In this document: piece by piece, positions 25,203-39,548 of the stretch
How the letters are laid out: each line of letters starts with the position of its first letter
Numbering within the stretch: position 1 is the first letter of the stretch
Assembly: GCA_965603825.1 (NCBI GenBank)
Contig: CBFDEM010000029.1
Location: 248,001 to 312,000, forward strand
Reading direction: 5' to 3'
From: Blepharisma stoltei ATCC 30299
Taxonomy: Eukaryota > Protista > Ciliophora
Length of the DNA: 64,000 nucleotides
Program-made: the position numbers and the translations under genes
Notes under the pieces: generated by a model
Database searches by the model: none
What the model was told of the DNA's origin: nothing
What the model saw: the letters and a program-made list of their open reading frames with translations, nothing else

Positions 25203-26483
25203 TTAAAAAAAGCATAAATGAAGCTTTGAGCGATTTATAATTCCTATTGGAAATGGTTCGAAGCAATTTGAGCACTTTATTTGTAGAAATTCAAAATTCA
25301 TCTTAAGACAAGTTGCAATATAGCTTTCTAGCTCAATTCTATGAATCATCAGCCCACAATCATGGATAAAATAATCGTCATTGTTATCAATAGTGCTCCT
25401 GTTGGCTAATTGTTCATTTTCATAAATACTTCTAGTGTATGGATTATATATTATATTACTATCCCGCTTGCATTGTTCTTCGGTATTTGCTTGACTTTGA
25501 AGATATCTATTAATTGAATCTGGTCCTCCAAAACCTTGATTAGGGTCATTTTGGCTTGAGGTTCCATAAACATCACGAATTTCAAACGGATTTCCTTCAG
25601 TTACTAAAAGTGTGGCATAATTTGAGAATGCTTCAGTAGTTTCTTCTTTTATATCTATTAATTCTTCTAGCACTTGGGCAATAGTAGGCCTATCTGTATA
25701 ATTTATTCTAAGCATGCGCTTTAATAATTGAACTAATTTTTGAGGCCTTCTTTGCATATCATTCTCAACAATTTCCATATATTCATTCTCTTTATTAGGA
25801 AAAGACACGCCAACCTCTAATATTGCCATCTCATAAAATGTTTTTCCAACTGACCAAACCTCTTCTTGTTTTGTGAGGGGGATTGGAGTTCTTTTCTTGC
25901 CGTCTGAATCAGGAATAAGTCTATTTCAAAGCTTTTGATATGGTGGCGACATGTAAATTAGGGTCCCAGTTGCAGTATTTTTATTTGGCCCTAACTTCAC
26001 CTCATTTGATTCCCCAAAATCTCCAAGTTTAAGCACTTCTTTTTCTTTAACAAAAATATTGTCAGGCTTCATATCTCTATGGGCTTTGCCATTATCATGC
26101 AAAAATTTTATGATTTCTGCAATCGTAATGAAATGATTTATCAATTCTCAGTCAGTCCATGGCTGAGATATTTTCTTTCTTTCGTTCATGATTCTTGCGA
26201 CGGTGCCACATTCGCAATGCTCCATAAAAATTCTGAATTTTCCATCAATTTCAGTGGAGTAATAATGCTTTACAATGTTTCGGTGAATATCTGACATGTC
26301 TTTCAGCAATATCGCTTCATTTAGATAGGTTTCCTTAATTGTAGTGAACTCCTTTAAAACAGCGATTTTTGGAAATCCTGGAGGACCTTGGCTTTTAAAA
26401 TGAACTGTTGCCAATCCTTTATCACCTTTGCTAATGTAGTCTTTTCTTTCGAAGTCCTGATAATATTTGGCTTCTGCTAACAT
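25203..26483 (-). CDS. Atypical Ser/Thr kinase, array copy A (426 aa), with C-terminal HxCG...CxxC module
   Basis: Three supplied ORFs join in frame through TGA; AVLK, HRDMKPDN, GDFG, GTLIYMSPPY, EEVWS. Confidence 0.85.
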
Positions 26484-26799
26484 TCTACAATATTAAAATA
26501 TTGGCAATAATATAAGCTTATGCTTTTTAAGAGTATATATCTAAAATATAGGCACATTTTGCTGCAAAATATTAATATATTACAGATTACGCTGAATAGT
26601 TTAATGCAGATTTTTATTTGTTTACAATATATAAAATTTAAAATTTTATCTTAGCCTTTTTTCTAGTTAAAAGAAGGCCCACCTAGATCATTCAGCTTAT
26701 ACATTTAATAGTATGTCGATCCCAACTATCGAATTTTTGAAGCTGCTTCATGCAAAACTTTAGTCTTTATAGAACATATTTAACCTCATTAAAGATTTG

Positions 26800-26862
26800 C
26801 CGGTTGAAGAAAATGATGTAAAACTTCACATTATTGTCACTGAGGAAGATGCGATAAAATAA
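26800..26862 (+). pseudogene. Duplicated 3' end of MTHFS marking a duplication breakpoint
   Basis: CCGGTTGAAGAAAATGATGTAAAACTTCAC...GCGATAAAATAA is nearly identical to 25021-25083. Confidence 0.85.
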
Positions 26863-27000
26863 TTCACGCATAATAAAATTTAAATAATTTTTAATAAAAG
26901 CTCATAAAATGAGTCCATATTTTTATTCTAAAATTAATAAGCTTAATAATTAATTTTCGAATTTGATTATAAGTTTTAGATATTTTTAAGAAAGCATTAA

Positions 27001-28335
27001 TTATGCGTTGAGCGAATTATAAATTCCTATTGGAAATGGTTCGAGGCAATTTAAGCAGTTTATTTGAGGAAATTCTAAAGCCATCTTAAGAGAAGTTGCA
27101 ATATAGCTCTGCAGCTCAATTCTATGAATCTTCAGCCCACAATCATGGATTAAATAATCACAATCGCATAATCCACAGGATTTTTCATTGCTGCCAATAG
27201 TGCTCATGTTGGCTTCTTGTTCAATTCCATTAATACTTCTAGTGTATGGATCATGTATTATATCTTTGTCCTGATTATATCCTTCATCAGTATTTTTTGG
27301 AATTGAAATTCCATTATCTCTTCAATCTGAACCACGAGGGTCTTCATAATCTCTTAAATCTGAATCATAAAAGCCTTCAAAACCTCCACTAGGCCAATTT
27401 TGACTTGAGCCTTCAATAAACGCATTAATTTCAAACGGATTTCCTTCAGTTACTAAATGTGGGACAAAATTCGAGAATGTTATAGCAGTTTCTTCTTTTA
27501 TTTCTTTTAATTTTTCTAGCACTTGCTCGATAATAGGCCTATCTGCATATTTTATTCTAAGCATTCATTTTAACAATTCCACTAATTTTTTATGCCTTTT
27601 TATCATATCATTTTCAACAATTTTCATATATTTATCTTCTTGATCAGGAAAAGTCACCCCAACTCTAAATACTGCCATCTCATAAAAGGTTTTTCCAACT
27701 GACCAAACCTCTTCTTGTTTTGTGAGGGGGATTGGAGTTCTTTTCTTGCCGTCTGAATCAGGAATAAGTCTATTTCAAAGCTTTTGATATGGTGGCGACA
27801 TGTAAATTAGGGTCCCAGTTGCAGTATTTTTATTTGGCCCTAACTTCACCTCATTTGAATCCCCAAAATCTCCAAGTTTAAGCACTTCTTTTTCTTTAAC
27901 AAAAATATTGTCAGGTTTTATATCTCTATGGGCATAGTTATTATCATGCAAAACTTTTATGATTTCTGCGATCGTAATGAAATGATTTATCAGTTCTCAG
28001 TCAGTCCATGGCTGAGATAATTTCTTTCTTTCACATATGATTCTTGCGACGCTGCCACATTCGCAATGTTCCATAAAAATTCTGAATTTTCCGTCAATTT
28101 CAGTGGAGTAATAATACTTTACAATGTTTCGGTGAATATCTGACATGTCTTTCAGCAATATCGCTTCATTTAGATAGGTTTCCTTAATTGTAGTGAACTC
28201 CTTTAAAACAGCGATTTTTGGAAATCCTGGAGGACCTTGTCTTTTAAAATGAACTGTTGCCAATCCTTTGCCACCTTTGCTAATGTAGTCTTTTCTTTCG
28301 AAGTCCTGATAATATTTGTCTTCTTCACTAGGCAT
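27001..28335 (-). CDS. Atypical Ser/Thr kinase, array copy B (444 aa)
   Basis: Close paralog of copy A; continuous frame with TGA read as Trp. Confidence 0.85.
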
Positions 28336-28440
28336 GACGTTAGTTTTTGATTAAAAAATTATAAATGAATCTACATTTTATTTTAAAATTAATAAGCGTA
28401 ATAATTAATTTTCGTATTTGATTATAAGTTTCAGATATCT

Positions 28441-30855
28441 TTAAGAAAGCATTAATGAAGCTTTGAGACATTTATAAATTTCTATTGGAAATGGTCCGAA
28501 GCAATTTAAGCAGTTTATTTGTGGAAATTCTAAACCCATCCTAAGACAAGTTTTAATATAGCTTTGTAGCTCAACTCTATGAATCATCAGCCCACAATCA
28601 TGGATAAAATAATCATCATTGCTGTCAATAGTGTTCATTTTGGCTGATTGTTCAATTCCATTAATACTTCTAGTGTATGGATCATGTATTATATCTCTGT
28701 CCTGATTGCATTCTTCCTTGGCATTTGTTGGAATTTCATAATATCTTCAATCTGAACCACAAAGGTCTCCAAAACTTTCATTAGGGTCATTTTGGCTTCA
28801 GCTTCCAATAAACTCATTAATTTCAAAATAACTTCAGAATTCTTTAGCATTTTCTTCTTTTATTTCTAATAATTCTTCTAGCACTTGCGCAATAGTAGGC
28901 CTATCTTCATATTTTATTCTAAGCATTCATTTTAACAGTTTTACTAATTTTTGAGGCCTTGTTCTCATATCATTTTCAACAATTTCCATATATTCATTCT
29001 CTTTATTAGGAAAAGACACGCCGACCTCTAATACTGCCATCTCATAAAATGTTTTTCCAACTGACCAAACCTCTTCTTGTTTTGTGAAGGGGATTGGAGT
29101 TCTTTTCTTGCCGTCTGCATCAGGCTTAAGTGAATTTCAAATCTTTTGATATGGTGGCGACATGTAAATTGGAGTCCCAGTTGCAGTATTTTTATTTGGC
29201 CCTAACTTCACCTCATTTGAATCCCCAAAATCTCCAAGTTTAAGCACTTCTTTTTCTTTAACAAAAATATTGTCAGGTTTTATATCTCTATGGGCATAGT
29301 TATTATCATGCAAAACTTTTATGATTTCTGCGATCGTAATGAAATGATTTATCAGTTCGCAGTCAGTCCATGGCTGAGATAATTTTTCTCTTTCGCTTAT
29401 TATTCTTGCGACGGTGCCACATTCGCAATGCTCCATAAAAATTCTGAATTTTCCATCAATTTCAGTGGAGTAATAATACTTTACAATGTTTGGGTGAATA
29501 TCTGACAACTTTTTCAGCAATTTCGCTTCATTTAGGTAACTTTCCTTAATTGTAGAGAACTCTATTAAAACAGCAATTTTTGGAAATCCTGGAGGACCTT
29601 GGCTTTTAAAATGAACTGTTGTTAATCCTTTATCACCTCTTCTAATATAGTCTTTTATTTCGAAGTCCTGATAATATTTGTCTTCTTCAATAAGCTCCTG
29701 GCAATTAGCTATTTCATCTTTATCATATTTTAACCCACATTCATGTGTATATATATTATCGCAGTCACTTTTTTTCACTTCAAGTTTTTCTTTAGTTTGC
29801 TTAGAGTCAAATCCAGATAAATTTGTTTCGTTCTCAAATAGATCCGATTCACGATATGTTGCATTCCCTTTTGAACTTTTTCTTTCTTCGTAAGATATTG
29901 TTTTACTACTTCCATTACTTTCTGTAAAGGATTTTAAATCAAAAATATTGAACTGGTTTTTATAAACACTTTGGGAATCTGAATCAGTTTCTGCAATTTC
30001 ATCTTTTATATTGTGCAAAACCTCCATAACTTCACAGATATTAGGCCTATTGTTATAGTTATTCTTTAGCATTCAAATTAATAAATTAATCAGTCTCCGA
30101 GGTCTTGATTCCATATCGGCTATCATCATTTCTATAATTTCATCTTCATCATCAGGAAAGCTTTTTGCCAAATTCAAACTAGCCATTTCATAAAAGGTTT
30201 TCCCAACAGACCACACTTCCTCCATTTTAGGATTAATCAACGAGCTTATTTTATTTCCCGTCTTCTCAGTTATAACGCTGCCTCATATTTTCTTTAAATG
30301 CGGAGACATGTATTGTAAAGTTCCAAGTGCTTCAAATTTGGATTCTCCTATATGAATTTCTTTTGCATCGCCAAAATCGCCAATTTTAAGCACTTCATGG
30401 GCTTTGACAAAAATATTATCAGGCTTAATATCTCTATGAACACAGTCTTTTTCATGTAAACAATTAATTACCTCAGCAATAGTAATAAAATGATTTATTA
30501 ATTCTGAGTCTGATCATGGACGATTTTGGATTTTTCTTTCATTAATAAGTTTTGAAAGACTCCCACACTCACAATACTCAATAAAAATCCTGAATTTTCC
30601 GTCAATTTCTGTAAAATAATAAGGCTTTACAATGTTTGGGTGCAATTCTGATCATTTATCTAGCAGTTTGGCTTCTTTTTCGCATCGAGGGTTTACTGAT
30701 TTGAATTCTTTTAACACTGCTATTTTAGGAAAGTTTGGGTTGGTTTTATCTGTGAACTCCACAATCATTAAATTTTTCGGTCCTTTACTAACATAATTAA
30801 TTGTCTTAAAATTTTGGAAATATTGGAATTTCTCTCGCTCTCATTCATTCCTCAT
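28441..30855 (-). CDS. Tandem double-kinase protein, array copy C (804 aa)
   Basis: ATG 30855 to TAA 28441 in one frame; two kinase domains, each with HRDIKPDN and GDFG, joined after a truncated HECG motif. Confidence 0.8.
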
Positions 30856-31272
30856 TCTATAAATAATTAATTATTATTATTAAAATATGAAGCCCAAAAT
30901 GAGCCAGTTGCATTCCTTTTTTAATTAAAACTAATGATTTCCTTTGTTTAATAAAAGTTATCGTAGTTTTAAATTATTAATATTTAATTTAAATTTATAA
31001 GAATTCTACCTGTATAAAGCACATATATAAATTTCAAAATTATAGAATTAAAGATTATTTAGAAGCCTAATTATGCATCTCTTGATGAAGGACATCATTT
31101 TTCGATCAAAATCAAATTTATTGCACTTGACATTAAAATTTTCAACTTTATTTTTGAATAAAGAGCATTCCTACTTTTAAAGAACTGCATGTATACAAAT
31201 AATCGTGAAAAATATGTTAGTATTATAATAATCTTTCAGCATAAAGCTGGCAGTCTAATGTCACGTCAAAAT

Positions 31273-32586
31273 TTATGTATCGCTTCTCTGTTGATTTCTA
31301 AAAGTTGTTAGTTCATGGATCTCTGTTGTTACAGCTGGCCCTTCAAGCTCTTCAACGATCCATTGAGTAGCATTTGCACTTAGGTCTTCTTCAATTCGAC
31401 TTTCTTCATTTTCCATAGTCATATTCTGTTTGTAGTCCCTTTTACAGAGACAGCAAACTGTGTTACTTTGGAACCAAGTGTCTATACAATTTGCATGAAA
31501 AATATGAGCACAACTTAATTCTCTTATCATATCTTGTTTTTTATACAGTTGTAGGCATATAGAGCAGCTTCTTGTAGCTTCTTCACACTTTTTAGCCTTA
31601 AAGGCTACTTTGGGAAAATTTTTATTTATAAAATCAATACTTATAGCAGGCTCAGGGCCTATTGCAGCATTTTTTTTGCTAATTTGTCGTGTTTTGTAAA
31701 TTGCAAAAATAACCCATCCTGCTAAAATTCCTGCTGAAATGACTATTAAAATATAAAGAAGATATTGACTGCTGCTGCCACCTTCTGAAGCATGTATACT
31801 TCATTTTATCGTAACTGCACTATCACATGGATTATAAATAGCAAAATACCAAGTATTATAGTGGCCTTGGCTGATTACAAAATCAAATTGCAAACCTTTT
31901 TTGCTTTTTCTATTTTCATAAGGACTTGGCAAAGCACTGTCATCATTAGTCGTTTTTGGCTTTGCATATAAAAAGATGTAAGCGCTGCTTAAAATACTCA
32001 TGTATAATTTTTTATTAAATTCAGATAATGTTAATGCTGCATACCCAACATCATTTGCATTTATAATGATTCTATTGTCTTCAATAATAGACAGATCTGT
32101 AGCTGAAAAAATACAATCTCTTCCTACATAACCTGAAACACATAAGCAGACTCCATCACTGCAATGCCCATAAGCCGAGCATCCATTATAGCAAGGCTGA
32201 GTGGATGAGGAAAATGAATTTAATTCATAATGAATCCCATTTGTTTTATTTGAAAAAATTCCGATGAAAAGATCATCGTCAATTTCTATCGTTGGGATAA
32301 TTAAATTCTGATTTTTTGTACTTAAATATCACCCATCGTAATCAAAATAATGTGCATTGACATGGCTTGATGTAGCAGTAGGGATGCTTCCTATTTTGGC
32401 ACAAAAAATGATTTCAGCTGATGACTGTAGGTGAAGCTCTATTGATATATAGTCTGAGTTGGTAAAATCGCCAGTAAATTTAAAATATTTTCAAGTTGAT
32501 TCTTGAAAAATTGATTCGCTTGATCCTAGCGCAAGATCATTGATCTCTTGGCAGTTGCTGAGACATAAAAACAGTAGAATTATCAT
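31273..32586 (-). CDS. Transmembrane RING-H2 E3 ligase with luminal EGF-like domain
   Basis: Signal peptide MIILLFLCLSNCQ, CYNGCSAYGHCSDGVCLCVSGYVGRDC, TM segment, CSIC...LSCAHIFHANCIDTW...CCLCK. An alternative in-frame ATG lies at 32610. Confidence 0.85.
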
Positions 32587-33370
32587 ATAATTAATCTTGG
32601 CATCTTTCATATGCTTAAATACCATTTATTCGACTGGAATTAAGAGAGAGTTTTTTTTAATGCCAAAAGTAGCAAAATAATTCGTTTTAAAATAACATAT
32701 CGTGAGCTAATGACTTATCTTATACCATAAAATGTTTTAATTTAGGTGTTTAACTTCTGTGTGTTTAATACACTGCTAAACATTTCTAGTAAATTACCTT
32801 GGCTGTATACATCTTTAAAAATTAATAAAGTTTTTCATTATAAAAATAATGTAATAAAACTGGATTTGTTTAATATTATTATATTTAGACCAAATTAAGT
32901 ATATTATTTCAAGAGAAAATGCAAATATTAGATAAGCTTTAATATGAGTTAAAAGTTAGCATCCATAAGGATTTGCTGGAATATACATATTATAAGCCTA
33001 CTATTCTTTAAATCAATCTTTACGATTTATTAGCCTCAATAATTCAAATCTGTTTTTGAAATTTAAATTTTATAAAACGAAGTAGAATAATTTTATAATC
33101 CAATTACTCTTAAAATTTTTATTTACCGTTTTTCAATAGGTACTCATTATATTTAAGACAAAACGGATAATTAACTATAAAAATTACTCGCCTATTTGAA
33201 AGTAGCTAACCAAAAGAAGTCAAAAGATCCAATTTTAAAGTATCTTTGATTATAAGAAAGCTGGATGTCGACTTTAACACAAATTTTATTAATTTGGTGA
33301 CCTATTATACTTGATAATTTTTAATAAGCCATTTTCAGTAGGTTTTTTTTCACTTACACAATAATTAACA

Positions 33371-34225
33371 ATGGAAATTACTTGTCGCCAATTTGAAATC
33401 AGCCAACTGAAGGAAATCGAAAGATCCAATTTTAATTTATTTACTAAAGGATCTTCTGACCTTATAGAGGTCAATTTGGACGATTTTTCAAAAACTCATC
33501 ACAAGCTTTCTATTCCAGAAATATGCCTTGACGAAAGAATTTGCATATGTCCTTTACCAGATGGCAAATACTTTTGCTATGGAAATATTGCTAAAATAGG
33601 GCAAGCTAGTGGAATTACGTTTATAGTAAATCAAAAAAATGAAATCCTAAATTTACCAGCCTGGACATCAATTCTTGGGTGTTTCCCTATTTATTTAGAG
33701 AACTGTGTTTATGTTTTTGGAGGAGAATATGTTGAAAGATTTAATCTCATTAAATGAAAATGAGAAAAAATAATAAAATTTCCACCCAAGTGTAGGTTAT
33801 GCACTTGTGCTTTGATTGGGAAAAAAATTCTGTTCTCAGGCTATTCTTTTAATGGAATTTTTTTATTAGATTTATTGACTTTGTCATTTTCTTGGCACTC
33901 TTTAGAGACTTTAAGTAATAAAGCAAAATTGCTTTGCAATGTAAAAAATACAATTTACTTGGTTGATTTTTCTGGGAAAATATTTCAAAGTGAAATAGGT
34001 AATCCTTTTATCTGAAGTTTTGAAGGAAACTTTCAGCCTTTAAGAAATTCAACACCAGAAAATAAAATTTTCTATAAGAATTGCATATACTTTACAATCG
34101 GCAATCAAATTTTTAAATTTGACCTTACCAAAAAAAATGTCCAAACTATTAATTTCTTACTTGATCAAGCCCAAGCTCAAATCAGCCAAAACCCTAATGA
34201 TGATTATTTTTCTTCAAGATTTTAA
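33371..34225 (+). CDS. Kelch-like beta-propeller family member K1 (284 aa)
   Basis: LPDGKYFCYG, CVYVFGG, ERFNLIK-W-K-W, IYLVDFSG; intact with TGA as Trp. Confidence 0.75.
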
Positions 34226-35060
34226 GTTGATAGATTAAAAAGATTAATAATTAATAATTCACTCTTACTAGTCTAAAAATAAATCAATAGGCAAATAATT
34301 AAAATAATTAAAAACAATATAATTCTTATCTATAAAAAAATTACACATGCAGATTCATAACAATTGGAAATTCTCTAATGATTAACAGTTTATATTTGTA
34401 TAAGCAGAGCCCAAATTTTATTTCAAATAAATTTTTGCAGGCAATCAGTGTCTTTTTCTACATGATAACTGAGAGGTTATATAGATTTTATTCTCAGTGG
34501 AAAATGATTAAAAGCTCTTTATTAAAATATTCAATATACTAAAATGCTCTAATACTTATTATAGCAATTATAATTGGAATTGCCCCAACAGTATCTGGTG
34601 ACCTGTGGCAATAGTTAAAGCAAAGAACCGCAGTTTGTAGCCTGATTCAATGAGCAGTTATATCTATATTTTTAAAGATGCATTTATTGTTATATTTAAT
34701 TTATAAATTAAAGATGGAAAACAGAAAAATGCCTTTCACTGATATTCGCCATCAATATGCATCTTTCGATGCATAATTCTTTATCTTAGTGCGAAATTGT
34801 TGTAATGTTTTATATTAGAATTATTTTTGTCTTTATTTTCATTCCAGCTTTAAACTTCAGTATAAAGAAAAGCTAGAAAATTCAAACTATTTAAGTGATT
34901 TTTGGAAAATTAGAAGACTGATTCCTATATAAAGATTTATTTTACTTTTATGGGGCATCTTTATTTTTAAGAAAATTGATTCAATAAATTATATTAAGAG
35001 AAGAAAAAAAATAATATTGTAAGCTGAATATTTTAATAGATAATTTATAAGACTTAAATA

Positions 35061-35883
35061 ATGGAAACCTGTTCAGCGCTATGGAGGCTACCATCAAAAT
35101 CTCATCAAAAAAATGACATCAGAACATCAAAACTTGCGTAATTTTGCGGGGACTTTATTCACTTCTGCAAGTATGATTTTGAAACTTGACAAGAAACTTC
35201 TTATCAGCACACTTTTAGTAATTTTATTGATCATGTTATATGCATGTGCCCTATACCTGGCGATAAGCTTTTTGGCTTATCAAACAACTTAAATTTCTTT
35301 AAAAGCAGCTGCTCTGTTTTTATTATAGATGAAGAAAAACTCAATCTTCAATTTATTCAAAAATTTAGCCTTTCAGAAGCTTCATTTCAAAGAGGCCCAG
35401 AAAAAATTATTTTTTCAATAGATGAAGACAATGCTCTCAAAACTTTTCTTATAATCCCAAGAATTATAAAGAATGTTGGAACTTATTATAACAATTTTTT
35501 TTATATATCAATGAAAGATATACTAGGGTTTGATCTGGTTAATCAAAGATGGCATGCAATAGTTAAAAGTGAAGAAGATCGTTTTTGATGCTCTTCTCTA
35601 TCATTTAATAACTCGATATTGGCTTTGGAATATGAAAGAGAAGAAATTTATAGTGTATTTGGTTGATTTTCATGGGATATTACTAGAAAGCTCTATAAAT
35701 GACCCTTTTAACTGGAAGATTATAAAATATTTCGAATCTGCAGATAGTGACGGTCCTTATTTCTATAACGCATTTTGTAATAATTGCTGATACATGATAA
35801 TCGGTGATTTGCATGTTTATAGATTCGACTTAGATAAAAAGAAGCTTAAAGAGCTTGATTTGGAACTTGAGCAAAGCATTTAA
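35061..35883 (+). pseudogene. Kelch-like K2 pseudogene (duplicate of K3)
   Basis: GCG TAA where K3 has GCG TGA, plus a frameshifting deletion of about 89 nt relative to 37046-37134. Confidence 0.75.
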
Positions 35884-36447
35884 ACCATTAAATAAAAAAA
35901 TTATAGTTGAATAAATATTATAATTTTTATATTTTTTACGAAATATGCAAAACATCATTTTATCAGCACTTTATAAGCATGGACACTAATAATATATTCT
36001 TTTTTTCAAAAATTTTAAACAATATAGCAGAAAACTTAATAATTTGCTTACCTCACAAACTTTAACAGCGAAGTCTGAAAATTCTGGGAAAAAATAATTA
36101 AAGACTGAAAAACTGAGAAAAAAACTTTCTAGATATCCGTCATGAATACGCATCTTTCAATGCATGATTTTGACTTGAGGGCGAAATTTTTTAATATTTT
36201 TATATTAGAATTATTATTTTTGTATTTATTTCATGCTTGGAACTTATAAAGCAAAAGCTCTCTATAAATTAGAAAACGCACTTACTTTATTGATTTTTGG
36301 AAAATTGTTAGGGATGATAATAATTATTATTTTTATGGAATATTGTAGATAATTTAAATTTTTAATTTGTATTAAGAGAAGAAGAGAAAATGTTAAAAAT
36401 TTATTATAAACTGAGCATTTTTATAGATAATTTATAAGACTTAAATA

Positions 36448-37365
36448 ATGGAAACCTGTTCAGCAGATAGTGAAATGCTAGGAAGGCTACCACCAAAATC
36501 TCATCAAAACAATGACATCAGAACGTCAAAACTTGCGTGATTCAGCGCCGAAGATCCTTATTTCTGCAAGTATGATTTTGAAACTTGACAAGAAACTTCT
36601 TATCGACACGATTTTAATATTTATTATACTATGTGTATGTGCCCTATACCTGGCAATAAGCTTTTTGGGTTAAGTCACAGCTATGATTCCGAAAAAAGCA
36701 GCTGCTCTGTTTTTATTATAGATGAAGAAAAAATCAATATTCAATTCATTCAAAACTTTAGCGTTCCATTAACTTTATCACAAAGACACAAAGTAGAAAT
36801 TGTTTTTTTAAAAGATGAAGAAAATGTTCTCAACACGTTTCTTAGAGTGATAAGACAAACAGAAGGCGTTGGAACTTATTATAACAATTTTGTTTATATA
36901 TTATTGGAAGATATAATAGGGTTTGATCTGATTAATCAAAGATGGCATACAATAGTTAAAAGTGAAGAACATCATTATTGATGCTCTTCTCTATCATTTA
37001 ATAACTTGATATTGGCTTTGGAATATGAAAGAGAAGAAATCTATATTATAGACCTTGCAACTTTATCAGTTTCTTCACACTCTCTGCCTCTTACAAAAGA
37101 TAGTGAAAAAATCCTTTTCAAATTTGAAAACCTTGTGTATTTAGTTGATTTTCATGGGATATTACTAGAAAGCTCTATAGATGACTCTTTTAATTGGAAG
37201 ATTATAAAATATTTCGAATCTGCATATAGTGACAGTCCTTATTTCTATAACGCATTTTGTAATAATTGCTGATACATGATAATCGGTGATTTGCGTATTT
37301 ATAGATTCGACTTAGATAAAAAGAAGCTTAAAGAGCTTGATTTGGAACTTGAGCAAAGCATTTAA
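36448..37365 (+). CDS. Kelch-like K3 (305 aa)
   Basis: Intact frame through TGA codons; CPIPGNKLF, GTYYNNFVY, VYLVDFHG. Confidence 0.75.
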
Positions 37366-37807
37366 ACCATTAAATAAAAATTATAGTCGAATAAATAGAA
37401 TAAAGACTTCAAATTTTTATAATTTTTTTGGCAATAGTTAAACAAAACATCTATTTTCCAGCACTCTATAAGCATGGATACTAATAATATATTCTTTTTT
37501 CCGAAAATTTTAAATAACAGAAGCAGATAAAATAAGAATCTGCTTATCTCGAAAATTGTGATATTGAAGCCTGAAAACACTGGGAAAACTATATTTTAAT
37601 ACAAGGTGAATTGAATATTTATTAGACCTCATAGTGATCCAGTGCATCCTCTTAGCATCTGTTTAGGGGCCACTCGGGGGTATTATGGATGTAAGTATAA
37701 GATCCGGAAATTTTTAGCATAAAAACGCCATAAGTAATCCATTCAATCCCTCTTTAGTCTCTTTTTATCTAAATTAATAATCTATTATCATCTAGCTAAT
37801 AAAAAAT

Positions 37808-38602
37808 ATGAAAATTTTAGAAAATCTGTTACCAATATGCCAAGAGACTGAAACCGAAACATCAAACTTAATGTGATTATCAGGCCAGCCCTGCGGTCTC
37901 CATATGTTTAATCTGAAATCCAGGCGTAAAACTACTCACGAAATTATGATTCCTAAAATAGAACTTGAGCAATCCTCTTGTGATTGTCTTTTGCCTGATA
38001 ATAAAATATTTTGCTCTGGAAGTTTTGAATGAAAAACCATAGAACACATTTATTTTATAATTAATGAAGATTATTCTGTCAAAATTTTACCTTCACAAGT
38101 CATATATATGGGGTGCTCTGCAACTTATTATAATAATTATGTCTATATCTGTGGAGATGCAACTGTTATTAGATTCGATTTAATTAATTGAAGATGGGAA
38201 CAACTAGCAAGGCTTAGTGTCTGATCATATTCGCATACGTGTGTGCCATTCAATGGCATGATTTTGATTTCAGGGATTGATTTTAGGGATATTTTTATGC
38301 TAGATTTATTATCTCTGTCTTTATCTTCATGCCAGCTTAGATTGGAAACAAATTGAACAAAAATCCTTTTCAAGTGGGAAAATTCAGCTTATTTGGTTGA
38401 TTTTTCTGGGAAAATATATAAGAGTGATAATGGTAACCCTTTCAATTGGAATTTTATAGGAAATTGCAACCCATTAAAGCGTTGCATATATGGGCATAAA
38501 GCTTTCTATAAGGATTCATTGTATTTTTATGCAGGCCTTTTTCTTTTAAAATTTGATCCGAATAAAAAGAATTTAGAAAAAATTGATTTACCATTTGATT
38601 AA
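37808..38602 (+). CDS. Kelch-like K4 (264 aa)
   Basis: LPDNKIFCSG, ATYYNNYVYICG, AYLVDFSG; intact with TGA as Trp. Confidence 0.72.
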
Positions 38603-38631
38603 TAAATAAGAAAAATACTTAAAAAATAATA

Positions 38632-39460
38632 ATGGAGAGCAATTTAATTCAAACCAAAAATTTTGTTAATCTTCCACAATATATTCACGAAAATGAACTC
38701 ACAACCTCCAAACTTAGATGGTTTGGCTACAAATCCTCTGATATTATCGAATATAATCTTGAAACTCTAGAAAAATCTGCTTACAAGCACAAACTCCCTC
38801 ATTCCACTACTAATCAGATCATGTTTATGTGCCCTTTACCAGGCGATAAGCTATTTTGCTATTCAAGTTATCTAGAATGGCAAGAAGAATGCTGTGATAT
38901 TTTTATAATAGATGAAAATAATGATATTGAAATTATTCAGAAATTTCGTTTCTCAATGTGAAATTCATCAGATGAAAAAGGGATTGCTTTTGAAGAAGAC
39001 GATAAAAAAGTCTTAAAAACCTTTCCTAGAGGGCTCTCAAATCTTTGAAGCTTTGCAGCTTATTATAACAATGTTGTTTATATTTCTATGAAATTTGTAA
39101 TGGGTTTTGATTTAATTAGCAGAAGATGGCATACACTAGTTAAAAATGATAAGGAGTATTGTTGATGTACTTCTACATCATTCAATGGCAAGATTTTGGC
39201 TTTAGAATATTATAGCTGATCAAAGAGGAAAAATATTAGAAAGTGGGGTAAATGATCCTTTTAGCTGGAATATTGTGCAAGAGTGCACAACCTTAGAGGA
39301 TAGTAGCGCATTAGGCCATAAAGCATTTTATAAGAATTACTGATACTTTTCAGATAATGAAATATATATTTATAGATTTGGTTTGGACCAAAGGAACGTT
39401 GAAAAAGTTGGTTTGAAAAGAGTGGAGGAATATAAAGCAAATGAAATCGGCGAAAATTAA
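38632..39460 (+). pseudogene. Kelch-like K5 with internal deletion and frameshift
   Basis: Family motifs run to about 39215; the IDFSG block is missing and GKILESG resumes in another frame. End approximate. Confidence 0.6.
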
Positions 39461-39548
39461 TAATATTTTGTAATTTCACAGTATTATTAGTCAGTAAATT
39501 TTCTTAATTTTTATTAAAAAATTCTATAGGGTAATAAATTATAATAGA

